Source: a virus (taxonomy: Duplodnaviria > Caudoviricetes). Taken from it: a DNA stretch of 63,048 bases. The stretch is taken from the IMG/VR virus record IMGVR_UViG_3300032322_002946, positions 1 through 63,048 of that record. One strand, given 5' to 3'. The translations under genes and the position numbers were made by a program. Below, piece by piece: positions 10,393 through 20,887 of the stretch (the stretch's first letter is position 1; each line of letters begins with the position of its first letter). Below the pieces are notes generated by a model, which made no database searches, was not told the origin of the DNA, and saw only the letters and a list, made by a program, of their open reading frames with translations.

Positions 10393-12636
10393 TTATTTTT
10401 TTGGAATCAATAACGTTGTGTTTACACTAATATTAGAAGGTAATTTAACTACTTGACCCGGTTTTAATGCAACAGATGCGCTACCTAAATTGTTATATTG
10501 GACAAACTCTGTTACATTAACACCAACTTCTTTAGCAATTACTTTAGGACTAGCTAATGAATTTACTACATAATCTTTATATTGTGTTTCAGTTTTAGAT
10601 TGTGTATCATTTGTGGCTGGTATAGAACCAACACCAGATTTTTTAGTTGGTTCTACATCCCTACTGACATCATTTAGGTTAGTTACAGAACTTTTAATTG
10701 TGTTATCTAATTTGATTTCTTGTTTAGCTGGTTCTTGATTGGCTCTTCTTGTTATCGCTGCTGCTTGTGAATTAAGTTCGGCTACATTTTGTTTGTTATC
10801 AAATATTTTGAATAACCCAGTGTATATTACTGACGTATTACCCCTTGATGAACCAGTGATATAGAATACATTTATTCCACTATCGAAAATCTTTTTGATG
10901 TCTGTAAATTTATTTTGATTCAGTTTAAATACCAATTCACCTCTTTTTAAATCAATACTTTGCGATTCTGTGTATAATGGAAATGATAATTCTGTTTTAT
11001 CGTTTCTGATAATAAATTTAATTTCTCCAAAACCACTTAAATCAAAGTATTCTGGTTGTGTTGATAACCCAGTTGCAATAGAGAATCTAAATATGTTATC
11101 AAATGGATAAATGAGAACTTGTATTCTGCCATTACCATAAAAAGTTTTACTATCAAAAAGAGCATTCTCAGATTTAGCTATAACATTTAATCTATCTACT
11201 AATACAGGGAATGGAACTTCAACTGTTTGTATTGATACGTTATTAACCGGTGTTCCAACATTAGATGTAGCAACAGGATTACTGATATTTGCTGGTGCGT
11301 TTGATATAAGACCTCCAGTATTCACCGGTGAGGTCATAGAGTTCGCTAAATTTTGTGAAACTTGTTGTATGTTTGTAGATGTTCCTAATATAGTCGCAGC
11401 ACTTGCTGGTGAAATCTGATTAGCTGGTCTAGGTGGAAGAGGTTTTAGTTTTAACATACCCATAGAATTAGATAAACCAACTAGTGCTGGATCAACAGAG
11501 TTTTTAATATTATAAATCTTAGGTTTATTAGCCTTGTCTAAATTAATTTTAATAAGTTTCAGTGAATATTTTGATACTTCATCTTGTAACATACCATACG
11601 ATGCTCTTCTAATAATATATGAGTCATCAACCTGGTCAATTAATCTCATCTCAACATCAATAATTGCTGTAGTTGTTGAAAATTTTATGATTGGTCTAAA
11701 ATCTATAGGTTCAGAAAAATCTTGAGTTACAATAGTTGTAATAGTTTTTCCCCTAATATTCTGTTCAAACATAGTTATGTCATATTGAACATAGTATCTA
11801 CTACCCTCAAAATAAGCATCTTCAATAAATTGTCTAAATCCAGCAGCTGTTCCATCATAAGTTCCGTAAATTTCAAAAAAGTCACCATTTTCTGAATTTT
11901 TAACCATAAGACCTAAGTTCTGAAATTCAGGAGACTGAGGTATTGAAGTTGTAACTTTCGGAGCAACTAAATAAGTTGATATACCATTTATGGTTTGAAC
12001 CGAAGTTAAAAAATGAAAATCTATGAATATTGGTGAATTCAGATTCAGACCATTACCATCTGTTAGATTTGAATTAAGACTATCTTGTTTAGGTAAATTA
12101 TTAGTTCTTTGTGAAGCAATTGCATTTACTGATGGAATATTGATAGTGATATTTTTACCCCAGAGTTTCTCTTGAAATAGAAGCGGTGGTGCATTGAATC
12201 CCATTAGATATTGCTGACTAATATCAGTCATATCAAAATAGAAATTACTTATATCATAGGTTTTTTGATTTAGTATGTCAAATGCATAAACCTTTACATG
12301 AAATCCTAAGTATTCACCAAATGTCCAGTTAATTGGAAGGTGAATTTTTAATGTATCGTGTTTAGTTGGTGTTGTGGCTGAATAGTTCTTAAGTTGTAAG
12401 AAAGAATAATAATCTGGATTTACTTTTCCGTATCTGTTTGACACTTGATCTATCCTAAATAATTGATTTCCTTGTGTATTTCCAGTTACACTAGTTGAAG
12501 TAGCAACATATGAGTTATTCTTATCTTTATTATTGACTAAAATATCATAACTTTCAGTCAAAAAATTAGAATCATCATAAATATATTCAAGAAGAACGTT
12601 TTTATCTAACTTAACAAATTTTGAAGTTTTAGCCAT
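10393..12636 (-). CDS. Large virion structural protein with C-terminal LysM domain
   Basis: C-term YVV..IAKEVGVNVTEFVQYNNL..LKPGQVVKLP; TTAATATATA motif upstream; adjacent to tube-like gene. Confidence 0.6.
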   Translation of the reverse strand: MAKTSKFVKLDKNVLLEYIYDDSNFLTESYDILVNNKDKNNSYVATSTSVTGNTQGNQLFRIDQVSNRYGKVNPDYYSFLQLKNYSATTPTKHDTLKIHLPINWTFGEYLGFHVKVYAFDILNQKTYDISNFYFDMTDISQQYLMGFNAPPLLFQEKLWGKNITINIPSVNAIASQRTNNLPKQDSLNSNLTDGNGLNLNSPIFIDFHFLTSVQTINGISTYLVAPKVTTSIPQSPEFQNLGLMVKNSENGDFFEIYGTYDGTAAGFRQFIEDAYFEGSRYYVQYDITMFEQNIRGKTITTIVTQDFSEPIDFRPIIKFSTTTAIIDVEMRLIDQVDDSYIIRRASYGMLQDEVSKYSLKLIKINLDKANKPKIYNIKNSVDPALVGLSNSMGMLKLKPLPPRPANQISPASAATILGTSTNIQQVSQNLANSMTSPVNTGGLISNAPANISNPVATSNVGTPVNNVSIQTVEVPFPVLVDRLNVIAKSENALFDSKTFYGNGRIQVLIYPFDNIFRFSIATGLSTQPEYFDLSGFGEIKFIIRNDKTELSFPLYTESQSIDLKRGELVFKLNQNKFTDIKKIFDSGINVFYITGSSRGNTSVIYTGLFKIFDNKQNVAELNSQAAAITRRANQEPAKQEIKLDNTIKSSVTNLNDVSRDVEPTKKSGVGSIPATNDTQSKTETQYKDYVVNSLASPKVIAKEVGVNVTEFVQYNNLGSASVALKPGQVVKLPSNISVNTTLLIPKK

Positions 12637-12685
12637 TTAAATATAGTAGAATTTTGAATATATATTAAATAAAGAAACCTTTCTA

Positions 12686-13081
12686 TTAAGAAAGGCCTTC
12701 ACTTATTAATTTGTTAGTAACAAATTCTACTATTTTTTCATCAGGTATATCTGAGTGTTTCTGTTTAATATTTCTCCATAATTCTTGTTCTTCTATAGAC
12801 AATTTTTCTAATCTTTTATTAAGAGGTTCTATGATAGTTTCTAATCTTTTACCTTCTTCTTCTATATTATCGAGAATTTTTTGAATTTCTTGTAATAATA
12901 AACCAGATTCAAACTCTTTTCTTGTAGCTTTTTCTTGCACACCTTCTAATTGTTTTATGATGTCGTCTAAATTCTTAGTTACTTCTACAGCTTTTTTTCT
13001 ATACGTATCAAGTGAATTACTTGTTTTTAGATACTCTCTTCTAATTCTTATTGCTGATTTAACAAAAATATCATCAATCAT
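12686..13081 (-). CDS. Coiled-coil hypothetical protein
   Basis: 131 aa ORF, heptad-rich. Confidence 0.6.
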   Translation of the reverse strand: MIDDIFVKSAIRIRREYLKTSNSLDTYRKKAVEVTKNLDDIIKQLEGVQEKATRKEFESGLLLQEIQKILDNIEEEGKRLETIIEPLNKRLEKLSIEEQELWRNIKQKHSDIPDEKIVEFVTNKLISEGLS

Positions 13082-14021
13082 TTTTAGTAGATTCTTTTTT
13101 AGCTCTAGGTTTTCTAGTAGTTGTCTTTTTTGGCAAATCTTTTGTCAAAACTGGTTCTTCTTCAATTGATAATGGTTCGTGTTTTTCGGTGACTGAGTCA
13201 GTAATTTGTGAATTAACAGAATCTTTAATATCTGCACCATATACTAAGTTTTTAATTTTTGATTTTATAGATTCTCTGATAGACGAAGGGTCTTCTAAGA
13301 TTTTATTAGTAAATTCATCTGCTAAAAAATCAATCATAGATATTTCATAGGAGTCTTCCATCATTTCGATAAAATCTAATCTAGGAATTCTCTCTGAAAT
13401 GTTTATACTAAAATTTAATTCAACATTTCTTTTAGTCTTTCTAAACATTGTAATGATTGGATCTTCAAACTGATTAGTGACTTGTGACACTACTTGTTTT
13501 GTTGGTTCTTGTACTTGCACAGGTGATTCTCTTTCAACTTCGATTCTAGTGATAGGTTCTTCTTGTTTGAAAGGTTTAACAACTGGCATATCTTCAGTGT
13601 CTTCACCGAGGATTTTAGCGAAAGCTGATTGTTGATTAACTATTTGTGAAGTGTTGTCCATTTCAACACCGTACTTTCTAGCCAATTCTGCCATTTCATC
13701 TTCTTCAGTTGTCATTATAATAGCACTTTCATTTGTAACCTGTGGCATGTTACCTCCAAACTTTGTTATAATCTCTTCGGGTCCATCTTGAATCATGTGT
13801 GTAGGTATATTTTTAATTTTTTCAGCTAAGAAATTATACGCACCTTGTGTGTTAAAAAAAGCAGAAGGATCTATTTCTTCTGTGTATTGTAACGGATCTG
13901 ATAACTGTCTTACATCAACTTTTTGTTTGTTTTCTAAAATGGCAATGTTTTCAAATGTATCAATCACCTTAACAATCTCTCCAGTTCTGTTATTTCTAAA
14001 TTTTCTATTAGCAAATTCCAT
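13074..14021 (-). CDS. Acidic hypothetical protein
   Basis: 315 aa ORF overlapping downstream gene. Confidence 0.65.
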   Translation of the reverse strand: MEFANRKFRNNRTGEIVKVIDTFENIAILENKQKVDVRQLSDPLQYTEEIDPSAFFNTQGAYNFLAEKIKNIPTHMIQDGPEEIITKFGGNMPQVTNESAIIMTTEEDEMAELARKYGVEMDNTSQIVNQQSAFAKILGEDTEDMPVVKPFKQEEPITRIEVERESPVQVQEPTKQVVSQVTNQFEDPIITMFRKTKRNVELNFSINISERIPRLDFIEMMEDSYEISMIDFLADEFTNKILEDPSSIRESIKSKIKNLVYGADIKDSVNSQITDSVTEKHEPLSIEEEPVLTKDLPKKTTTRKPRAKKESTKND

Positions 14022-14096
14022 GGAATTATATTTTTTTTTCTCTTATTATTATATATGGTAAAAATGTTTTGTTTCATTAAATTTTTAAAACATCAT

Positions 14097-14125
14097 AAAA
14101 AAACCCACTCAATTTGAGTGGGTTA
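14097..14125 (-). terminator. Intrinsic terminator after SSB gene
   Basis: AACCCACTCAA-T-TTGAGTGGGTT hairpin with U tract on minus strand. Confidence 0.8.
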
Positions 14126-14148
14126 ATTCATTTAATTAAGATATAATC

Positions 14149-15114
14149 TTAAAGGTCAGCGAAGAAGTCATCTTCATCTTCAGCTACTGATGTAGTTTGA
14201 GCTGGTGATGAAAAATTATCATCAAAACTGAAATCATCAGAAGATGGTGCTGATTCTGCTTTTGTTGAAGAGAATGAAGAAGAAGCTTTACCAGTTAAGA
14301 AATTAGAAATTTCTGTAATCTTAGCGTGTTGCTCTTGTGTTAGAGCTTTAGCTGCGAACTCTTCTAAGTCATGTTCTCTGTCAAGTAAGATATCTTTGAT
14401 TTTACCTTGAACACCTGCTTCAATTTTTCCTTCAACAAGTGGAGCATTTTTGAAAACACCTTTGTCTTTGAAGTAAATAGGAAGTGAAGTTGTGTCTGGT
14501 TTGAACATACTCATTTTGTAGTCTGGGTAGTTCTCATCACCTGTTTGGATTTCTTTAACTACCATAACGAAATCTTTTCCAGCTGCTAAGTCAAAAACAT
14601 TACAAGGTACTCCAGAGATTTCACCATTTTTCTCTGCCATGATTTTGTCTTTGATAGTCTTACCATATTGCATAATCATGATTTTACCAACTAATTCTGG
14701 TTGTTGCTCATCTTCAACTACTAAAACATAAGAATAGTATTTTTTAGAATACTTCAACATTTTAGATTTTTCCATTAAGATTGCATTTTTTGAATTCTGC
14801 ATTGTGTAGTAAAGGTCTGTAAGAGGACATTTCTCACCAAAGTTTTTTGGACTATCAAACCAACCAGAAAGTTCTTTCTGATTTTTGATGTCAACATAGT
14901 GAGTAATTTTCTCAATTGCTGATTGACCAACTTTACCTTCTTTGGTCAAATTAGGAAGAAATCTTACTACTGATCTCCATCCTCTTTTTTTGTCTTTCAC
15001 TTTAGAAAGATCTACACGATAGATACCATCGTTGTTTTTTGTTTGTGAACTTTCATTTAAGAAGTCCATTTTGCTGTCTAAACTGCCATTAAATAAGTCA
15101 TCTAATTCTGCCAT
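14149..15114 (-). CDS. Single-stranded DNA-binding protein, T4 gp32-like
   Basis: VRFLP, CPL, YYSYVLVVED..PELVGKI..YGK, FDL..GKDF, acidic tail DDFFADL. Confidence 0.85.
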   Translation of the reverse strand: MAELDDLFNGSLDSKMDFLNESSQTKNNDGIYRVDLSKVKDKKRGWRSVVRFLPNLTKEGKVGQSAIEKITHYVDIKNQKELSGWFDSPKNFGEKCPLTDLYYTMQNSKNAILMEKSKMLKYSKKYYSYVLVVEDEQQPELVGKIMIMQYGKTIKDKIMAEKNGEISGVPCNVFDLAAGKDFVMVVKEIQTGDENYPDYKMSMFKPDTTSLPIYFKDKGVFKNAPLVEGKIEAGVQGKIKDILLDREHDLEEFAAKALTQEQHAKITEISNFLTGKASSSFSSTKAESAPSSDDFSFDDNFSSPAQTTSVAEDEDDFFADL

Positions 15115-15261
15115 ATATTGCCTTTTATTTTTATTATTCAGGTTTTACCTGATACTATTATATTAAGAATGATGAAAAAAGTTTAATAAAATTTGGTAGT
15201 TTGGTGATTTTTTACTAAAAATTCTAATCATTTTTAATTACTTATATCATATCTTAAAATA

Positions 15262-15537
15262 TTAAAATGTTTGATAAGTCTCTTCAATTTTTTTAGCCAA
15301 TGAATAATCTAAATCAGTAATTCTACCAACATCATGTGTAATTAATTTGAGTTTCAATGTATTATATTTCCATTCGATGTCTGGATGATGATTCATAATT
15401 TGACAAATCGGTGTAATTCTTGTAATAAACTGACCAACTTCAATAAAATCATTAAATTGATATGTTCTTTCTAAAAATTGACCTGCATCAGACCATTCAC
15501 TTTCAATAGATTCGTTAAATTTTTTAATTCTTTTCAT
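15262..15537 (-). CDS. Pterin-4a-carbinolamine dehydratase-like protein with N-terminal leader motif
   Basis: NHHPDIEW, LITHD..ITDLDY.LA..IE; starts MKRIKKFNES. Confidence 0.8.
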   Translation of the reverse strand: MKRIKKFNESIESEWSDAGQFLERTYQFNDFIEVGQFITRITPICQIMNHHPDIEWKYNTLKLKLITHDVGRITDLDYSLAKKIEETYQTF

Positions 15538-15569
15538 TAAAATTTTTTATTTTTTTATTTTTTATCTGT

Positions 15570-16463
15570 CTAGAAGTTCAATAAAATTTTTAATGTATAA
15601 TCATATATTTGTGTATCCTCACTAAATTGTCTGTCAAATCTAGCTTTGTCCCAAATTACTTCCTCATAGTCTAAATAAGGAAGAATTGATTCTAACACTT
15701 CATCTAAATTACTTTCTAAATCAGATAGTTTCATAGTGCCAGTTTGGATAGAATCAGTGTAACCACCAATATCAATTGTTATACAAGGCTTATACATTTG
15801 TAAAATTTTATCAACAGAATAATCTCTTTTTTCATCTATGTCATATTCAGATACCCTTACTTTTCTGCCTTTGTAATCATCTGTGTCAAATTCTGCTCCA
15901 GCAAAAACACCCATTTCTTTATAATCATCAATGTTGAAGTTTTGACATTGCCATTTTTTGTCAGTTACATAATAGCTTTCGTCACTCTGTCTAAGAAAAT
16001 AATCAGGATATCCACCAATTCTTAGAGTTGGATAGACTATTTCCTTCATAATGTGAATAATAATTCTTGTTTTGTCACGCTCATCTATGTCTCTAACTGA
16101 AATTAATCCATTGAACTTATGTTTGTTGGCTTTATTGATTTTTTTATAATCACCATAAGCAACACTATACATCACCCATTTATTCTTTTCTTTTGGGACT
16201 TTATCATAGACATCCAACATTCTATCTTCGATGTATTCAATATCTACTTTTTTTAAGGCGGTTATTATTCTGTTTGTTAGTTCTAATATTTTTTCAAAGT
16301 AACCCTCTCCAATGAAATGGTCTGACCATTTTTTTAGTGAAACTAAATTAACATTAAGTATTTGTGTCCTACTCCATTCCCAGTTTTTTAGGTCTTCAAT
16401 CCAATCACCGATACCATAATTCTGAGATGATTCAAATATTTGATATTTTTTTAAGTATTTCAT
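15570..16463 (-). CDS. Hypothetical protein with leader motif (putative head-internal protein)
   Basis: Starts MKYLKKYQIFES. Confidence 0.65.
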   Translation of the reverse strand: MKYLKKYQIFESSQNYGIGDWIEDLKNWEWSRTQILNVNLVSLKKWSDHFIGEGYFEKILELTNRIITALKKVDIEYIEDRMLDVYDKVPKEKNKWVMYSVAYGDYKKINKANKHKFNGLISVRDIDERDKTRIIIHIMKEIVYPTLRIGGYPDYFLRQSDESYYVTDKKWQCQNFNIDDYKEMGVFAGAEFDTDDYKGRKVRVSEYDIDEKRDYSVDKILQMYKPCITIDIGGYTDSIQTGTMKLSDLESNLDEVLESILPYLDYEEVIWDKARFDRQFSEDTQIYDYTLKILLNF

Positions 16464-17434
16464 TCTATCTCTAATTCATTTAATATACTATCTAAAAGAT
16501 TAGTCTTTATTAGTATAACTTCATCTTCACACCAAGACTCTAACGAACTCTTTGTATAGTCTTCATCATCCGGGTCTAACTGAGAATATAAATCCATAGT
16601 TGAGGTAACATCACCCAACTTAAAGTTATTAAAAGAAGGATCTAAAAGTTGATTTAAGTTTTCTAAAAGATTCATATTTGGATTCCACATAATTCTTCCT
16701 CTTACCTTGAAGTATTTTTGAATCATTCTATCATCCATTTCAACACTTTCTAAAAATGATTTTAGTTTTTCCCAATTAGTATCAACACCTTCTGGTTCAA
16801 ATTTTTGAATCCATTTTCCTGGAATAGTCATTTCTTTAGAAAAAGTTTTACCATAAGAATCAGTACCTCTGCTCGTAAATTGAAATGGTGTTGGATCAAA
16901 TACATTTTGCACGGTTTTTAAGTCTCTCATTAGACTTGTCATATAGTAAGAAATACTTGGTCTTGAAGATTTACTTCTAAAAGCTGATCTATTAGGAAGT
17001 TTTCCAAAACATTCCCAAAAGTCACTTCTATCTCCAGTTGCTACTTTTGTAGTATCATAAGGTATTACAACATAATCAACTGCTTTTCCACCTTTAATAA
17101 AACCTGCACCATGTGAAAGTGCTCTTCCTGCCGAAGCAAAAACTAAAGATTTGTTTCTACGGGGCCAAACTTTCCACGAATCTAAGTTAGATATAAGTAA
17201 ATTATGAAAGTTAGTTACAGAGTAAGGAGCAATTCTATCAGAAGTTGATAACTTAGGATTAACTAAAACAAAGTCCCCACGGTCTTCATCTTTTCTAAAA
17301 ATTAAACAATCTTCAGTATAGTCCTTTCCCCAACTAAGAAATTTCTTACATTTTGTCGTAAGTATCTCAATTACTTCATCTTTTGTCAAAGTAGTAGTAT
17401 TTAGACTTTCATTTATGCTCTTTAAATGTTTCAT
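16460..17434 (-). CDS. Hypothetical protein with leader motif; paralog of 37728-38495
   Basis: MKHLKSINES; shares IFR, SNL.SWK..PR, VIP.D, WE.FG blocks with 37728 ORF. Confidence 0.65.
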   Translation of the reverse strand: MKHLKSINESLNTTTLTKDEVIEILTTKCKKFLSWGKDYTEDCLIFRKDEDRGDFVLVNPKLSTSDRIAPYSVTNFHNLLISNLDSWKVWPRRNKSLVFASAGRALSHGAGFIKGGKAVDYVVIPYDTTKVATGDRSDFWECFGKLPNRSAFRSKSSRPSISYYMTSLMRDLKTVQNVFDPTPFQFTSRGTDSYGKTFSKEMTIPGKWIQKFEPEGVDTNWEKLKSFLESVEMDDRMIQKYFKVRGRIMWNPNMNLLENLNQLLDPSFNNFKLGDVTSTMDLYSQLDPDDEDYTKSSLESWCEDEVILIKTNLLDSILNELEIE

Positions 17435-17976
17435 TACTTAGTATATTCAAAATTTAATTTTTCACCATTTGATAATGAATAAGTTATCTTATCAACATTC
17501 TTAACTTCATACTTATAATCCGGTTTAATATATTTCTTACCTGTGCCACTTTTAACATAAGCAACTGTTATATGTGGTTTGTAATCAGGATATTCATTTG
17601 AGTTAGGAAACTTAGATAATTCATCGTGTAAATATTGTAAAGCACCATCCGGTATTACATTAAACTTAACAACGTCATAGTCTTTATTTTCAAAAATATC
17701 AATACCATCAACTTTTATATTTATATCAGCATCAAAATTCTCAAATACGGATTTAACTTGTTCCTCTGTTACACCTTCATGTAAACCATATAATATAGTA
17801 ACGTGTGGATTTTTTTGAATTCCGTGAGTATTATCTCCAGGTTCTTCATAAACATCATCAGGATTGATATAACTTGTAATTTCATTCCAATTACTAACAG
17901 GAACTTCAACCATAACACATCCGTATTCGTATCCGGATGATTCTTTTATAAATTGTATATAGTTTTTGATTATCAT
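17434..17976 (-). CDS. 2H phosphoesterase, T4 gp57B/Acb1-like
   Basis: Two HxT motifs PHVTILYG and YKPHITVAY; leader MIIKNYIQFIKES. Confidence 0.75.
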   Translation of the reverse strand: MIIKNYIQFIKESSGYEYGCVMVEVPVSNWNEITSYINPDDVYEEPGDNTHGIQKNPHVTILYGLHEGVTEEQVKSVFENFDADINIKVDGIDIFENKDYDVVKFNVIPDGALQYLHDELSKFPNSNEYPDYKPHITVAYVKSGTGKKYIKPDYKYEVKNVDKITYSLSNGEKLNFEYTK

Positions 17977-18941
17977 ATTCTACCTTGTAATATTATTCTC
18001 ATCTCTCCGCCTCTGTTATTAAATGAAAAATTAAAATCTAAACCTGATTCACTTTGTAGTCTTTTAACAGATGTTAAAAAATCTTCAGCTCTATCATATA
18101 TTGGACCATCTGTTATATCACCAAATTCTTTGTTTGTTAAATCTTTAGTGTCCCAAATAATTTCTCCATCTGATGTTATTCTTCCGGTCCAGTCAATATA
18201 TTCTTTTCTTAATTCAGCAGGAACATATTCATCATTTTCTTTTAACATTATACAATTAAAATGAGGTGGATACTCTAGTGAAAATCTTTTTATAGATTGG
18301 TATGGGGCAAAAGAATTAGGATTTTCAGAACCAGATGACCAATACCACCCCTCATCTTCAAATTCTATGAAACATTCTTTTATGGTATCCATAAACTGAT
18401 TCCATATTTGATTCATCATATCAACGTTTTCAAAAGACTTTTCTATTTTGTATTTAGGATTCTTTGCCCATATTTCCCAGTTTCCTTCTTCAGTCGCATT
18501 AAAATAGACCTCCTCGGCTGATATTATTTCTTCTTTATCTTCATCATCAATTTCATGAAAATAAGCAACATCAAAAGGATTATAAGTGATTCTAACCATA
18601 TTCTCTGTATTGTTATTTGTTGGAATAACAATTCCTGAAACACCAGCGATTAAAGATCTTTTATCTGTTTTTTTAATAGTTTCAGCGCCCGCTTCAGATG
18701 TTTGAAAGAAAATTGGATCAGAAATTCTGACTTCATTTGTATATCTACCAGCATATCCTTCTTTTCTTCCATTTATGCTAGAGTCATAGATGCCAATTAG
18801 TCCGTTCCAACCATTTCTTTTGTGAGTTCTATTAGTATGAAACCATAGATGTTGACCAACTAAATCATTAGCATCAACATAACCTTCGCAATCTTTAAGT
18901 GAATCATAATAGACTTCCTCATACTTTTTGAGATATTTCAT
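17973..18941 (-). CDS. Two-module hypothetical protein with leader motif
   Basis: MKYLKKYEE; internal KIEKSFEN precedes second module IKECFIEFEDEGW. Confidence 0.6.
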   Translation of the reverse strand: MKYLKKYEEVYYDSLKDCEGYVDANDLVGQHLWFHTNRTHKRNGWNGLIGIYDSSINGRKEGYAGRYTNEVRISDPIFFQTSEAGAETIKKTDKRSLIAGVSGIVIPTNNNTENMVRITYNPFDVAYFHEIDDEDKEEIISAEEVYFNATEEGNWEIWAKNPKYKIEKSFENVDMMNQIWNQFMDTIKECFIEFEDEGWYWSSGSENPNSFAPYQSIKRFSLEYPPHFNCIMLKENDEYVPAELRKEYIDWTGRITSDGEIIWDTKDLTNKEFGDITDGPIYDRAEDFLTSVKRLQSESGLDFNFSFNNRGGEMRIILQGRI

Positions 18942-18946
18942 AAGAT

Positions 18947-18956
18947 TATATATTAA
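18947..18956 (-). promoter_or_regulatory. Putative late promoter TTAATATATA (representative copy)
   Basis: Exact copies on minus strand at 12659, 18947, 20276, 23309, 25680, 32790, 38781, 42084, 44608, 44820, 46941, 52569, 61596, nearly all just upstream of a start codon. Confidence 0.7.
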
Positions 18957-19004
18957 ATATTGTCTATTAAAAATGATTTCTTATCTTTGTAAAAATTATT
19001 ACAA

Positions 19005-19196
19005 ATGGCAACAGAAAAAGAACTTATCAAATTAGAAAAAGAAATTCGTAGCAAAATGATTCAGATTAAAAATAAGAAGATAACTCCTGCTGAATCTGGA
19101 ATTGGCAAATTAATAAACTTGACAAAAAAACTGGATGAACCTCTGTTTGATAAATTAATGTTTGACTATAAAAAAATACTTTCTGAATTAAGATAG
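19005..19196 (+). CDS. Small hypothetical protein
   Basis: 63 aa ORF preceded by TATCTTTG at 18982. Confidence 0.6.
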   Translation: MATEKELIKLEKEIRSKMIQIKNKKITPAESGIGKLINLTKKLDEPLFDKLMFDYKKILSELR

Positions 19197-19676
19197 AGTT
19201 TCAAATCTATCAACAAGTTCAGAGTGTATCAATTGTGGTATTCTTTTCCACTCTTTATACCAAAAATCACAAACATAAACATCTTCACCATTTTGATCTT
19301 TTATAATTTCAACAACATTATATTCAGCAGAATCAAATGGACCGATTGCTTTAGTTAAAACTTTACCAATTATTGGCATCTTTGTTACGTCATTGCCACT
19401 ATATGACAGTGATTCAATATATCTAACATCAAATTCTTCTTCACCTGGTTCTTCATATTCAGAATCAAAATCAAAACCCATATTTACCAAACAAGACATA
19501 ACAGCGTCTGTATAAGCTAAATCTGATCCTCTTTCTTTCATGAATGATTCAAAAAACTCAGGAGTAATTAATTGTCCTGATTTTCTCATTTTTAATAACT
19601 GGGGATATAAATCACTAGCTATGTCCTCAGCTAAATCATGATAAATTTTTTCATTAAATTTTTTTAAGTGTTTCAT
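19188..19676 (-). CDS. Hypothetical protein with leader motif
   Basis: MKHLKKFNE. Confidence 0.6.
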   Translation of the reverse strand: MKHLKKFNEKIYHDLAEDIASDLYPQLLKMRKSGQLITPEFFESFMKERGSDLAYTDAVMSCLVNMGFDFDSEYEEPGEEEFDVRYIESLSYSGNDVTKMPIIGKVLTKAIGPFDSAEYNVVEIIKDQNGEDVYVCDFWYKEWKRIPQLIHSELVDRFETLS

Positions 19677-19679
19677 AAA

Positions 19680-19976
19680 TTAAAAAAAGAATTTTAAGTC
19701 TCCTGAAGTCGGAGGCCAAGTTGTAAAACCTTCCAATTCGTCATAGGCACCTCTGTTCCAAAGAAGGTCAAAAGTAACATCATCACTTTTTCTATAAACT
19801 CTAACTGCGTAAGTGCCATCAACTCTTGGGTCTGGTACTACTTCTATTTTATTTTCAGGATTTTTATAATCAACATAATCTTCTAATTCGAGTAGAGCTT
19901 CATTTGGTAATATATCAAAACCATAAATTCTACTTTCATTTATTGAATAGGAGTCAAATTTTTTTAAGTGTTTCAT
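19680..19976 (-). CDS. Hypothetical protein with leader motif
   Basis: Likely start 19976 MKHLKKFDSYSINES. Confidence 0.6.
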   Translation of the reverse strand: MKHLKKFDSYSINESRIYGFDILPNEALLELEDYVDYKNPENKIEVVPDPRVDGTYAVRVYRKSDDVTFDLLWNRGAYDELEGFTTWPPTSGDLKFFF

Positions 19977-19977
19977 T

Positions 19978-20268
19978 TTATTTCTTTTTTTTACCTTCAC
20001 CAGCAAATGGACTTAATAAATGTTTTAAGTTCCAAGATGGTATGAATTTTTTATTATGTTTTTCATAATCCTCATATGATTCTATACCAGTATCGACTGG
20101 ATTCTGAATATACTGGATATTTGCTCCTTGTTTATTCATATCTGATATTCTATCACCTATATCAATTCCTTTAGTCATTTTTCTAAGTCTTTCCCATTGT
20201 TGAACCGTTCTTTCTCTTGGTAAAGATTCATTAATAGACTCATCATTAAACTTTTTTAAATATTTCAT
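19978..20268 (-). CDS. Hypothetical protein with leader motif
   Basis: MKYLKKFNDESINES; TTAATATATA 7 nt upstream. Confidence 0.6.
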   Translation of the reverse strand: MKYLKKFNDESINESLPRERTVQQWERLRKMTKGIDIGDRISDMNKQGANIQYIQNPVDTGIESYEDYEKHNKKFIPSWNLKHLLSPFAGEGKKKK

Positions 20269-20301
20269 ACTAAAGTATATATTAATTTGAAATTGTTTAT
20301 T

Positions 20302-20309
20302 TATATTTG
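20302..20309 (+). promoter_or_regulatory. Bacteroidota-type -7 promoter TAnnTTTG (representative copy)
   Basis: Copies at 18982, 20302, 21960, 25714, 29921, 33081, 44844, 61628, 61801 (+) and 53434 (-), each upstream of an ORF. Confidence 0.7.
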
Positions 20310-20314
20310 TAATT

Positions 20315-20887
20315 ATGAAAATTTATTTAGTCAAAAGAAAACAAACAAATATCAGATGGTTCGATAATGAAATTGAATTGACTCAATTTTTGACCACTGA
20401 AAAAAATAAAGGAGAAAGAATTTCAGATTATACGGTAACTTCATTAGACGCAACATTGGAGTCATCTTGTTCTGGTGAGGAAATTTTATCACAGGTCAGT
20501 AATCAAATAGAATTAGATACAAAATTAAATTCTGTTTTAGGCGATGAATACTCTCAAAAAGTTTGTGAGTTTATTGAACTTTTTAATAAATTGGCGAAGG
20601 ACATACCATCTAAAACAAAAATACAAACAATTTTAGACTCCACTCCAGCCAATAAAACAGAATTTTCAAAGGTAATTAAAAGACACTCTGATTATTTTCT
20701 CTACAATGTATCATCCTCTGTTGAATGGTATCAATCATTATTATCTGTTTATGGTTTCAAAAAGTTAGGTGTAACTTGTACTATGGAGTATTATGACCCA
20801 GTGACTAGAGGTAGCAGATGGACTGGTTGTCGAACTCCTGAGATTATGACAAAAAACTTTAACAAAGCAAAATTAAATATTCAATAA
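20315..20887 (+). CDS. Hypothetical protein
   Basis: 190 aa ORF, TATATTTG at 20302. Confidence 0.6.
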   Translation: MKIYLVKRKQTNIRWFDNEIELTQFLTTEKNKGERISDYTVTSLDATLESSCSGEEILSQVSNQIELDTKLNSVLGDEYSQKVCEFIELFNKLAKDIPSKTKIQTILDSTPANKTEFSKVIKRHSDYFLYNVSSSVEWYQSLLSVYGFKKLGVTCTMEYYDPVTRGSRWTGCRTPEIMTKNFNKAKLNIQ

